Of a DNA stretch of 64,000 bases, positions 49,601 through 62,340 are shown in pieces (within the stretch, counting starts at the first letter, position 1; each line of letters starts with the position of its first letter). Made by a program: the position numbers and the translations under genes. The DNA is from Balanoglossus misakiensis (Eukaryota; Animalia; Hemichordata), in contig CM082598.2 in assembly GCA_040954595.2 (NCBI GenBank), positions 9,067,097 through 9,131,096 of the forward strand, in the 5' to 3' direction. The notes beneath the pieces were generated by a model. That model was given only the letters and a program-made list of their open reading frames with translations, was not told the DNA's origin and ran no database searches.

Positions 49601-51759
49601 CCGCCATCCTTCGGAGGGTAAAATAACGGCTGGCAGTTTGTTGCCGCCATTCTTGGGAGGGGAGAAATGATGGCTGAGAATTTATTGCCGCCATCATTGG
49701 GAGGGGAAAATATCAGCTGACAGTTTGTTGCCGCCATTCTTGGGAGGGCAGAAGCGATGGCAGAGACTTTATTGCCGCCATTCTTGGAAGGGGAGAAATA
49801 AGGGCTGAGAGTTTGTTGCCGCCATTCTTGGGAGGGGAGAAATAATGGCAGATAATTTGTTGTCGCCATTCTTTGTAGGGGAGAAACGATGGCAGAGAAA
49901 TTATTGCCGCCATTCTTTGTAGGGGAGAAACGATGGCACAGAATTTATTGCCCCCATTCTTTGTAGGGGAGAAACGATGGCAGAGACTTTATTGCCGCCA
50001 TTCTTGGAAGGGGAGAAATAAGGGCTGAGAGTTTGTTGCCGCCATTCTTGGGAGGGGAGAAATGACGGCAGAGAATTTGTTGCCGCCATTCTTGGGAGGG
50101 GAGAAATAACGGCTGAGAGTTTGTTGCCGCCATTCGCGGGATGAGCGAAATGAGGACAGAGAATATTTTACGGTTGCTGCCATTCTTTGCAGAGGAGAAA
50201 TGAGGGCAGAGAATTTATTGCCGCCATCCTTGGGAAGGGAGAAATAACGGCTGAGAGTATATTGCCGCCATTCTCGGGAGGGGAGAAAGGATAGCAGAGA
50301 ATTTGTTGCCGCCATTCTTGGGGGGGGGGGATGAGAAATAACGGCTGAGAGTTTGTTGCCGCCATTCTTGGGAGGGTAGAAATAACGGCTGACTGTTTGT
50401 TGCCGCCATTCTTGGGAGGGGAGAAATAACGGCTGAGAGTTTGTTGCCGCCATTCTTGGGAGGGGAGAAATGATGGCTGAGAATTTGTTGCCGCCATTCT
50501 TGGGAGGGGAGAAATAACGGCTGAGAGTTTGTGGCCGCCATTATTGGGAGGGGAGAAATGATGGCTGAGAATTTGATGCCGCCATTCTTTGGAGGGGAGA
50601 AATGATGGCAGAGAATTTATTGCCGCCATCCTTGGGAGGGGAGAAATAACGGCTGAGAGTTTGTTGCCGCCATTCTTGGGCGGGGAGAAATGATAGATGA
50701 GAATTTGTTGCCGCCATTCTTGGGAGGGGAAAAATGATGGCTGAGAATTTGTTGCCGCCATTCTTTGGAGGGGAGAAATAACCGCTGAGAGTTTGTTGCC
50801 GCCATTCTTGGGCGGGGAGAAATGATGGCAGAGAATTTGTTGCCGCCATTCTTGGGAGGGGAGAAATAATGGCTGAGAATTTGTTGCCGCCATTCTTTGG
50901 AGGGGAGAAATGATGGCAGAGAATTTATTGCCGCCATCCTTGGGAGGGGAGAAATAACGGCTGAGAGTTTGTTGCCGCCATTCTTGGGCGGGGAGAAATG
51001 ATGGCTGAGAATTTGTTGCCGCCATTCTTTGGAGGGGAGAAATGATGGCTGAGAATTTTTTGCCGCCATTCTTGGGAGGGGAGAAATAACGGCGGAGAGT
51101 TTGTTGCCGCCATTCTTGGGAGGGGAGAAATGATGGCAGAGAATATATTGCCGCCATCCTTGGGAGGGGAGAAATAACGGCTGAGAGTTTGTTGCCGCCA
51201 TTCTTTGTAGTGGAGAAACGATGGCAGAGAGTTTGTTGCCGCCATTCTTGGGAGGGGAGAAATGATGGCTGAGAATTTGTTGCCGCCATTCTTGGGAGGG
51301 GAGAAATGATGGCAGAGAGTTTGTTGCCGCCATTCTTTGTAGTGGAGAAACGATGGCAGAGAGTTTGTTGCCGCCATTCTTGGGAGGGGAGAAATGATGG
51401 CTGAGAATTTTTTGCCGCCATTCTTGGGAGGGGAGAAATAACGGCGGAGAGTTTGTTGCCGCCATTCTTGGGAGGGGAGAAATGATGGCAGAGAATTTAT
51501 TGCCGCCATCCTTGGGAGGGGAGAAATAACGGTTGAGAGTTTGTTGCCGCCATTCTTTGTAGTGGAGTAACGATGGCAGAGAGTTTGTTGCCGCCATTCT
51601 TGGGAGGGGAGAAATGATGGCTGAGAATTTGTTGCCGGCATTCTTGGGAGGGGAGAAATGATGGCTGAGAATTTGTTGCCGCCATTCTTGGGAGGGGAGA
51701 AACGATGGCAGAGAATATATTGCCGCCATCCTTGGAAGGGGAGAAATAACGGCTGAGAG

Positions 51760-53730
51760 TTTGTTGCCGCCATTCTTGGGAGGGGAGAAATAACGGCGGA
51801 TAGTTTGTTGCCGCCATTCTTGGGAGGGGAGAAATGATGGCAGAGAATATATTGCCGCCATCCTTGGGAGGGGAGAAATAACGGCTGAGAGTTTGTTGCC
51901 GCCATTCTTTGTAGTGGAGAAACGATGGCAGAGAGTTTGTTGCCGCCATTCTTGGGAGGGGAGAAATGATGGCTGAGAATTTGTTGCCGCCATTCTTTGT
52001 AGTGGAGAAACGATGGCAGAGAGTTTGTTGCCGCCATTCTTGGGAGGGGAGAAATGATGGCTGAGAATTTTTTGCCGCCATTCTTGGGAGGGGAAAAATA
52101 ACGGCGGAGAGTTTGTTGCCGCCATTCTTGGGAGGGGAGAAATGATGGCAGAGAATTTTTTGCCGCCATCCTTGGGAGCGGAGAAATAACGGCTGAGAGT
52201 TTGTTGCCGCCATTCTTTGTAGTAGAGAAACGATGGCAGAGAGTTTGTTGCCGCCATTCTTTGTAGTGGAGAAACGATGGCAGAGAGTTTGTTGCCGCCA
52301 TTCTTGGGAGGGGAGAAATGATGGCTTAGAATTTATTGCCGCCATTCTTTGGAGGGGACAAATGATGGCAGAGAATTTATTGCCACCATCCTTGGGAGGG
52401 GAGAAATAACGGCAGAGTGTTTGTTGCCGCCGTTCTTGGGCGGGGAGAAATGATCGCAGAGAATTTGTTGCCGCCATTCTTGGGAGGGGAGAAATGATGG
52501 CAGAGAATTTGTTGCCGCCATTCTTGGGAGGGGAGAAATGATGGCTGAGAATTTGTTGCCGCCATTCTTGGGCGGAGAGAAATGATGGCAGAGAATTTGT
52601 TTCCGCCGTTCTTGGGAGGGGAGAAATGATGGCTGAGAATTTGTTGCCGCCATTCTTTGGAGGGGAGAAATGATGGCAGAGATTTAATTGCCGCCATCCT
52701 TGGAAGGGGAGAAATGATGGCTGAGAATTTGTTGCCGCCATTCTTGGGAGGGGAGAAATAACGGCGGATAGTTTGTTGCCGCCATTCTTGGGAGGGGAGA
52801 AATGATGGCAGAGAATATATTGCCGCCATCCTTGGGAGGGGAGAAATAACGGCTGAGAGTTTGTTGCCGCCATTCTTTGTAGTGGAGAAACGATGGCAGA
52901 GAGTTTGTTGCCGCCATTCTTGGGAGGGGAGAAATGATGGCTGAGAATTTGTTGCCGCCATTCTTTGTAGTGGAGAAACGATGGCAGAGAGTTTGTTGCC
53001 GCCATTCTTGGGAGGGGAGAAATGATGGCTGAGAATTTTTTGCCGCCATTCTTGGGAGGGGAAAAATAACGGCGGAGAGTTTGTTGCCGCCATTCTTGGG
53101 AGGGGAGAAATGATGGCAGAGAATTTTTTGCCGCCATCCTTGGGAGCGGAGAAATAACGGCTGAGAGTTTGTTGCCGCCATTCTTTGTAGTAGAGAAACG
53201 ATGGCAGAGAGTTTGTTGCCGCCATTCTTTGTAGTGGAGAAACGATGGCAGAGAGTTTGTTGCCGCCATTCTTGGGAGGGGAGAAATGATGGCTGAGAAT
53301 TTGTTGCCGCCATTCTTTGGAGGGGACAAATGATGGCAGAGAATTTATTGCCACCATCCTTGGGAGGGGAGAAATAACGGCAGAGTGTTTGTTGCCGCCG
53401 TTCTTGGGCGGGGAGAAATGATCGCAGAGAATTTGTTGCCGCCATTCTTGGGAGGGGAGAAATGATGGCAGAGAATTTGTTGCCGCCATTCTTGGGAGGG
53501 GAGAAATGATGGCTGAGAATTTGTTGCCGCCATTCTTGGGCGGAGAGAAATGATGGCAGAGAATTTGTTTCCGCCATTCTTGGGAGGGGAGAAATGATGG
53601 CTGAGAATTTGTTGCCGCCATTCTTTGGAGGGGAGAAATGATGGCAGAGATTTAATTGCCGCCATCCTTGGAAGGGGAGAAATGATGGCTGAGAATTTGT
53701 TGCCGCCATTCTTGGGAGGGGAGAAATAAC
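51760..53730. repeat. Tandem duplication of a 968-bp (22-monomer) block
   Basis: Rare variants CGGCGGATAG, GGAGCGGAG, GTAGTAGAG and GATTTAATT recur at offset 968 (e.g. 51773/52741, 52377/53345). Confidence 0.85.
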
Positions 53731-56700
53731 GGCTGAGAGTTTGTTGCCGCCATTCTTGGGAGGGGAGAAATTTTAGGGCTGAGTGTTTGTTGCCGCCATT
53801 CTTGGGAGGGGAGAAATGATGGCAGATAATCTGTTGCCGCCATTCTTTGTAGGGGAGAAACGATGGCTGAGAATTTATTGCCGCCATTCTTTGTAGGGGA
53901 GAAACGATGGCAGAGAATTTGTTGCCGCCATTCTTGGGAGGGGAGAAATAACGGCTGAGAGTTTGTTGCCGCCATTATTGGGAGGGGAGAAATGATAGCA
54001 GGGAATTTGTTGCCGCCATTCTTGAGGGGGGTGAGAAATAACGGCTGAGAGTTTGTTGCCGCCATTCTTGGGAGGGGAGAACTAACGGCTGAGAGTTTGT
54101 TGCCGCCATTATTGGGAGGGGAGAAATAAGGGCTGAGAGTTTGTTGCCGCCCTTATTGGGAGAGGAGAAACGATGGCTGAGAAATTATTGCCGCCATCCT
54201 TGGGAGGGAGAAATAACGGCTGAGAGTTTGTTGCCGCCATTATTGGGAGGGGAGAAATGATAGCAGAGAATTTGTTGCCGCCATTCTTGGGGGGGGGGAG
54301 AAATAACGGCTGAGAGTTTGTTGCCGCCATTCTTGTGAGGGGAGAAATAACGGCTGAGAGTTTGTTGCCGCCATTATTGGGAGGGGAGAAATAAGGGCTG
54401 AGAGTTTGTTGCCGCCCTTACTGGGAGAGGAGAAACGATGGCTGAGAAATTATTGCCGCCATCCTTGGGAGGGGAGAAATAACGGCTGAGAGTTTGTTGC
54501 CGCCATTCTTGGGAGGGGAGAAATGATGGCTGACAATTTGTTGCCGCCATTCTTTGGAGGGGACAAAAGATGGCAGAGAATTTATTGCCACCATCCTTGG
54601 GAGGGGAGAAATAACGGCTGAGTGTTTGTTGCCGCCGTTCTTGGGCGGGGAGAAATGATCGCAGAGAATTTGTTGACGCCATTCTTGGGAGGGGAGAAAT
54701 GATGGCAGAGAATTTGTTGCCGCCATTCTTGAGAGGGGAGAAATGATGGCCGAGAATTTGTTGCCGCCATTCTTGGGCGGGGAGAAATGATGGCAGAGAA
54801 TTTGTTTCCGCCATTCTTGGGAGGGGAGAAATGATGGCTGAGAATGTGTTGCCGCCATTCTTTGGAGGGGAGAAATGATGGCAGAGAATTAATTGCCGCC
54901 ATCCTTGGAAGGGGAGAAATGATGGCTGAGAATTTGTTGCCGCCATTCTTGGGAGGGGAGAAATATTAGGGCTGAGAGTTTGTTGCCGCCATTCTTGGGA
55001 GGGGAGAAATGATGGCAGATAATCTGTTGCCGCCATTCTTGGGAGGGGAGAAATGATGGCAGAGAATTTGTTGCCGCCATTCTTGGGAGGGGAGAAATGA
55101 TGGCTGAGAATTTGTTGCCGCCATTCTTGGGCGGAGAGAAATGATGGCAGAGAATTTGTTTCCGCCATTCTTGGGAGGGGAGAAATGATGGCTGAGAATT
55201 TGTTGCCGCCATTCTTTGGAGGGGAGAAATGATGGCAGAGATTTAATTGCCGCCATCCTTGGAAGGGGAGAAATGATGGCTGAGAATTTGTTGCCGCCAT
55301 TCTTGGGAGGGGAGAAATAACGGCTGAGAGTTTGTTGCCGCCATTCTTGGGAGGGGAGAAATATTAGGGCTGAGAGTTTGTTGCCGCCATTCTTGGGAGG
55401 GGAGAAATGATGGCAGATAATCTGTTGCCGCCATTCTTTGTAGGGGAGAAACGATGGCTGAGAATTTATTGCCGCCATTCTTTGTAGGGGAGAAACGATG
55501 GCAGAGAATTTGTTGCCGCCATTCTTGGGAGGGGAGAAATAACGGCTGAGAGTTTGTTGCCGCCATTATTGGGAGGGGAGAAATGATAGCAGGGAATTTG
55601 TTGCCGCCATTCTTGAGGGGGGGTGAGAAATAACGGCTGAGAGTTTGTTGCCGCCATTCTTGGGAGGGGAGAACTAACGGCTGAGAGTTTGTTGCCGCCA
55701 TTATTGGGAGGGGAGAAATAAGGGCTGAGAGTTTTTTGCCGCCCTTACTGGGAGAGGAGAAACGATGGCTGAGAAATTATTGCCGCCATCCTTGGGAGGG
55801 GAGAAATAACGGCTGAGAGTTTGTTGCCGCCATTCTTGGGAGGGGAGAAATGATGGCTGAGAATTTGTTGCCGCCATTCTTGGGAGGGGAGAAATGATGG
55901 CAGATAATCTGTTGCCGCCATTCTTTGTAGGGGAGAAACGATGGCTGAGAATTTATTTCCGCCATTCTTTGTAGGGGAGAAACGATGGCAGAGAATTTGT
56001 TGCCGCCGCGCCATTCTTGGGAGGGGAGAAATAACGGCTGAGAGTTTGTTGCCGCCATTATTGGGAGGGGAGAAATGATAGCAGAGAATTTGTTGCCGCC
56101 ATTCTTGGGGGGGAGAAATAACGGCTGAGAGTTTGTTGCCGCCATTCTTGGGAGGGGAGAAATAACGGCTGAGAGTTTGTTGCCGCCATTATTGGGAGGG
56201 GAGAAATAAGAGCTGAGAGTTTGTTGCCGCCCTTACTGGGAGAGGAGAAACGATGGCTGAGAAATTATTGCCGCCATCCTTGGGAGGGGAGAAATAACGG
56301 CTGAGTGTTTGTTGCCGCCATTCTTGGGCGGGGAGAAATGATGGCAGAGAATTTGTTGCCGCCATTCTTGGGAGGGGAGAAATGATGGCAGAGAATTTGT
56401 TGCCGCCATTCTTGGGAGGGGAGAAATGATGGCAGAGAATTTGTTGCCGCCATTCTTGGGAGGGGAGAAATGATGGCTGAGAATTTGTTGCCGCCATTCT
56501 TGGGCGGAGAGAAATAACGGCTGAGAGTTTGTTGCCGCCATTCTTGGGAGGGGAGAAATATTAGGGCTGAGAGTTTGTTGCCGCCATTCTTGGGAGGGGA
56601 GAAATGATGGCAGATAATCTGTTGCCGCCATTCTTTGTAGGGGAGAAACGATGGCTGAGAATTTATTGCCGCCATTCTTTGTAGGGGAGAAACGATGGCA

Positions 56701-56879
56701 GAGAATTTGTTGCCGCCATTCTTGGGAGGGGAGAAATAACGGATGAGAGTTTGTTGCCGCCATTATTGGGAGGGGAGAAATGATAGCAGGGAATTTGTTG
56801 GCGCCATTCTTGAGGGGGGGGGTGAGAAATAACGGCTGAGAGTTTTTTGCCGCCATTATTGGGAGGGGAGAAATAAGGG

Positions 56880-59800
56880 CTGAGAGTTTGTTGCCGCCAT
56901 TCTTGGGAGGGGAGAAATGATGGCAGAGAGTTTGTTGCCGCCATTCTTTGTAGTGGAGAAACGATGGCAGAGAGTTTGTTGCCGCCATTCTTGGGAGGGG
57001 AGAAATGATGGCTGAGAATTTTTTGCCGCCATTCTTGGGAGGGGAGAAATAACGGCGGAGAGTTTGTTGCCGCCATTCTTGGGAGGGGAGAAATAACGGA
57101 TGAGAGTTTGTTGCCGCCATTATTGGGAGGGGAGAAATGATAGCAGGGAATTTGTTGGCGCCATTCTTGAGGGGGGGTGAGAACTAACGGCTGAGAGTTT
57201 TTTGCCGCCATTATTGGGAGGGGAGAAATAAGGGCTGAGAGTTTGTTGCCGCCCTTATTGGGAGAGGAGAAACGATGGCTGAGAAATTATTGCCGCCATC
57301 CTTGGGAGGGGAGAAATAACGGCTGAGAGTTTGTTGCCGCCATTCTTGGGCGGGGAGAAATGATGGCAGAGAATTTGTTTCCGCCATTCTTGGGAGGGGA
57401 GAAATGATGGCTGAGAATTTGTTGCCGCCATTCTTTGGAGGGGAGAAATGATGGCAGAGAATTTATTGCCGCCATCCTTGGGAGGGGAGAAATGATGGCT
57501 GAGAATTTGTTGCCGCCATTCTTGGGAGGGGAGAAATAACGGCTGAGACTTTGTTGCCGCCATTCTTGGGAGGGGAGAAATATTAGGGCTGAGAGTTTGT
57601 TGCAGCCATTCTTGGGAGGGGAGAAATGATGGCAGATAATCTGTTGCCGCCATTCTTTGTAGGGGAGAAACGATGGCTGAGAATTTATTGCCGCCATTCT
57701 TTGTAGGGGAGAAACGATGGCAGAGAATTTGTTGCCGCCGCGCCATTCTTGGGAGGGGAGAAATAACGGCTGAGAGTTTGTTGCCGCCATTATTGGGAGG
57801 GGAGAAATGATAGCAGAGAATTTGTTGCCGCCATTCTTGGGGGGGGGGAGAAATAACGGCTGAGAGTTTGTTGCCGCCATTCTTGGGAGGGGAGAAATAA
57901 CGGCTGAGAGTTTGTTGCCGCCATTATTGGGAGGGGAGAAATAAGGGCTGTGAGTTTTTTGCCGCCCTTACTGGGAGAGGAGAAACGATGGCTGAGAAAT
58001 TATTGCCGCCATCCTTGGGAGGGGAGAAATAACGGCTGAGAGTTTGTTGCCGCCATTCTTGGGAGGGGAGAAATGATGGCTGAGAATTTGTTGCCGCCAT
58101 TCTTGGTAGGGGAGAAATGATGGCAGATAATCTGTTGCCGCCATTCTTTGTAGGGGAGAAACGATGGCTGAGAATTTATTTCCGCCATTCTTTGTAGGGG
58201 AGAAACGATGGCAGAGAATTTGTTGCCGCCGCGCCATTCTTGGGAGGGGAGAAATAACGGCTGAGAGTTTGTTGCCGCCATTATTGGGAGGGGAGAAATG
58301 ATAGCAGAGAATTTGTTGCCGCCATTCTTGGGGGGGGAGAAATAACGGCTGAGAGTTTGTTGCCGCCATTCTTGGGAGGGGAGAAATAACGGCTGGGAGT
58401 TTGTTGCCGCCATTATTGGGAGGGGAGAAATAAGGGCTGAGAGTTTGTTGCCGCCCTTACTGGGAGAGGAGAAACGATGGCTGAGAAATTATTGCCGCCA
58501 TCCTTGGGAGGGGAGAAATAACGGCTGAGTGTTTGTTGCCGCCATTCTTGGGCGGGGAGAAATGATCGCAGAGAATTTGTTGCCGCCATTCTTGGGAGGG
58601 GAGAAATGATGGCAGAGAATTTGTTGCCGCCATTCTTGGGAGGGGAGAAATGATGGCTGAGAATTTGTTGCCGCCATTCTTGGGCGGGGAGAAATGATGG
58701 CAGAGAATTTGTTTCCGCCATTCTTGGGAGGGGAGAAATGATGGCTGAGAATTTGTTGCCGCCATTCTTTGGAGGGGAGAAATGATGGCAGAGAATTTAT
58801 TGCCGCCATCCTCGGAAGGGGAGAAATGATGGCTGAGAATTTGTTGCCGCCATTCTTGGGAGGGGAGAAATAACGGCTGAGAGTTTGTTGCCGCCATTCT
58901 TGGGAGGGGAGAAATGATGGCAGAGAGTTTGTTGCCGCCATTCTTTGTAGTGGAGAAACGATGGCAGAGAGTTTGTTGCCGCCATTCTTGGGAGGGGAGA
59001 AATGATGACTGAGAATTTTTTGCCGCCATTCTTGGGAGGGGAGAAATAACGGCGGAGAGTTTGTTGCCGCCATTCTTGGGAGGGGAGAAATAACGGATGA
59101 GAGTTTGTTGCCGCCATTATTGGGAGGGGAGAAATGATAGCAGGGAATTTGTTGGCGCCATTCTTGAGGGGGGGTGAGAACTAACGGCTGAGAGTTTTTT
59201 GCCGCCATTATTGGGAGGGGAGAAATAAGGGCTGAGAGTTTGTTGCCGCCCTTATTGGGAGAGGAGAAACGATGGCTGAGAAATTATTGCCGCCATCCTT
59301 GGGAGGGGAGAAATAACGGCTGAGAGTTTGTTGCCGCCATTCTTGGGCGGGGAGAAATGATGGCAGAGAATTTGTTTCCGCCATTCTTGGGAGGGGAGAA
59401 ATGATGGCTGAGAATTTGTTGCCGCCATTCTTTGGAGGGGAGAAATGATGGCAGAGAATTTATTGCCGCCATCCTTGGGAGGGGAGAAATGATGGCTGAG
59501 AATTTGTTGCCGCCATTCTTGGGAGGGGAGAAATAACGGCTGAGACTTTGTTGCCGCCATTCTTGGGAGGGGAGAAATATTAGGGCTGAGAGTTTGTTGC
59601 AGCCATTCTTGGGAGGGGAGAAATGATGGCAGATAATCTGTTGCCGCCATTCTTTGTAGGGGAGAAACGATGGCTGAGAATTTATTGCCGCCTTTCTTTG
59701 TAGGGGAGAAACGATGGCAGAGAATTTGTTGCCGCCGCGCCATTCTTGGGAGGTGAGAAATAACGGCTGAGAGTTTGTTGCCGCCATTATTGGGAGGAGA

Positions 59801-60915
59801 GAAATGATAGCAGAGAATTTGTTGCCGCCATTCTTGGGGGGGGAGAAATAACGGCTGAGAGTTTGTTGCCGCCATTCTTGGGAAGGGAGAAATAACGGCT
59901 GAGAGTTTGTTGCCGCCATTATTGGGAGGGGAGAAATAAGGGCTGAGAGTTTGTTGCCGCCCTTACTGGGAGAGGAGAAACGATGGCTGAGAAATTATTG
60001 CCGCCATCCTTGGGACGGGAGAAATAACGGCTGAGAGTTTGTTGCCGCCATTCTTGGGAGGGGAGAAATGATGGCTGAGAATTTGTTGCCGCCATTCTTG
60101 GGAGGGGAGAAATGATGGCAGATAATCTGTTGCCGCCATTCTTTGTAGGGGAGAAACGATGGCTGAGAATTTATTGCCGCCATTCTTTGTAGGGGAGAAA
60201 CGATGGCAGAGAATTTGTTGCCGCCGCGCCATTCTTGGGAGGGGAGAAATAACGGCTGAGAGTTTGTTGCCGCCATTATTGGGAGGGGAGAAATGATAGC
60301 AGAGAATTTGTTGCCGCCATTCTTGGGGGGGGGAGAAATAACGGCTGAGAGTTTGTTGCCGCCATTCTTGGGAGGGGAGAAATAACGGCTGAGAGTTTGT
60401 TGCCGCCATTATTGGGAGGGGAGAAATAAGGGCTGAGAGTTTGTTGCCGCCCTTACTGGGAGAGGAGAAACGATGGCTGAGAAATTATTGCCGCCATCCT
60501 TGGGAGGGGAGAAATAACGGCTGAGTGTTTGTTGCCGCCATTCTTGGGCGGGGAGAAATGATCGCAGAGAATTTGTTGCCGCCATTCTTGGGAGGGGAGA
60601 AATGATGGCAGAGAATTTGTTGCCGCCATTCTTGGGAGGGGAGAAATGATGGCTGAGAATTTGTTGCCGCCATTCTTGGGCGGGGAGAAATGATGGCAGA
60701 GAATTTGTTTCCGCCATTCTTGGGAGGGGAGAAATGATGGCTGAGAATTTGTTGCCGCCATTCTTTGGAGGGGAGAAATGATGGCAGAGAATTTATTGCC
60801 GCCATCCTTGGAAGGGGAGAAATGATGGCTGAGAATTTGTTGCCGCCATTCTTGGGAGGGGAGAAATAACGGCTGAGAGTTTGTTGCCGCCATTCTTGGG
60901 AGGGGAGAAATGATG
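56880..60915. repeat. Tandem duplication of a ~1,997-bp block
   Basis: ORF pairs 57255/59252, 58413/60409; markers GTTGGCGCC, GCCGCCGCGCC. Confidence 0.82.
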
Positions 60916-62340
60916 GCTGAGAATTTGTTGCCGTCATTCTTTGGAGGGGAGAAATGATGGCAGAGAATTTATTGCCGCCATCCTTGGGAGGGGAGAAATG
61001 ATGGCTGAGAATTTGTTGCCGCCATTCTTGGGAGGGGAGAAATAACGGCTGAGACTTTGTTGCCGCCATTCTTGGGAGGGGAGAAATATTAGGGCTGAGA
61101 GTTTGTTGCAGCCATTCTTGGGAGGGGAGAAATGATGGCAGATAATCTGTTGCCGCCATTCTTTGTAGGGGAGAAACGATGGCTGAGAATTTATTGCCGC
61201 CATTCTTTGTAGGGGAGAAACGATGGCAGAGAATTTGTTGCCGCCATTCTTGGGAGGGGAGAAATAACGGCTGAGAGTTTGTTGCCGCCATTATTGGGAG
61301 GGGAGAAATGATAGCAGAGAATTTGTTGCCGCCATTCTTGGGGGGGGAGAAATAACGGCTGAGAGTTTGTTGCCGCCATTCTTGGGAGGGGAGAAATAAC
61401 GGCTGAGAGTTTGTTGCCGCCATTATTGGGAGGGGAGAAATAAGGGCTGAGAGTTTGTTGCCGGCCTTACTGGGAGAGGAGAAACGATGGCTGAGAAATT
61501 ATTGCCGCCATCCTTGGGAGGGGAGAAATAACGGCTGAGTGTTTGTTGCCGCCATTCTTGGGCGGGGAGAAATGATCGCAGAGAATTTGTTGCCGCCATT
61601 CTTGGGAGGGGAGAAATGATGGCAGAGAATTTGTTGCCGCCATTCTTGGGAGGGGAGAAATGATGGCTGAGAATTTGTTGCCGCCATTCTTGGGCGGGGA
61701 GAAATGATGGCAGAGAATTTGTTTCCGCCATTCTTGGGAGGGGAGAAATGATGGCTGAGAATTTGTTGCCGCCATTCTTTGGAGGGGAGAAATGATGGCA
61801 GAGAATTTATTGCCGCCATCCTTGGAAGGGGAGAAATGATGGCTGAGAATTTGTTGCCGCCATTCTTGGGAGGGGAGAAATAACGGCTGAGAGTTTGTTG
61901 CCGCCATTCTTGGGAGGGGAGAAATGATGGCTGAGAATTTGTTGCCGTCATTCTTTGGAGGGGAGAAATGATGGCAGAGAATTTATTGCCGCCATCCTTG
62001 GGAGGGGAGAAATGATGGCTGAGAATTTGTTGCCGCCATTCTTGGGAGGGGAGAAATAACGGCTGAGACTTTGTTGCCGCCATTCTTGGGAGGGGAGAAA
62101 TATTAGGGCTGAGAGTTTGTTGCAGCCATTCTTGGGAGGGGAGAAATGATGGCAGATAATCTGTTGCCGCCATTCTTTGTAGGGGAGAAACGATGGCTGA
62201 GAATTTATTGCCGCCATTCTTTGTAGGGGAGAAACGATGGCAGAGAATTTGTTGCCGCCATTCTTGGGAGGGGAGAAATAACGGCTAAGAGTTTGTTGCC
62301 GCCATTATTGGGAGGGGAGAAATGATAGCAGAGAATTTGT
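60240..62340. repeat. Tandem duplication of a 1,014-bp block
   Basis: ORF pairs 60409/61423, 60453/61467, 60934/61948; marker GCCGTCATT. Confidence 0.82.
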
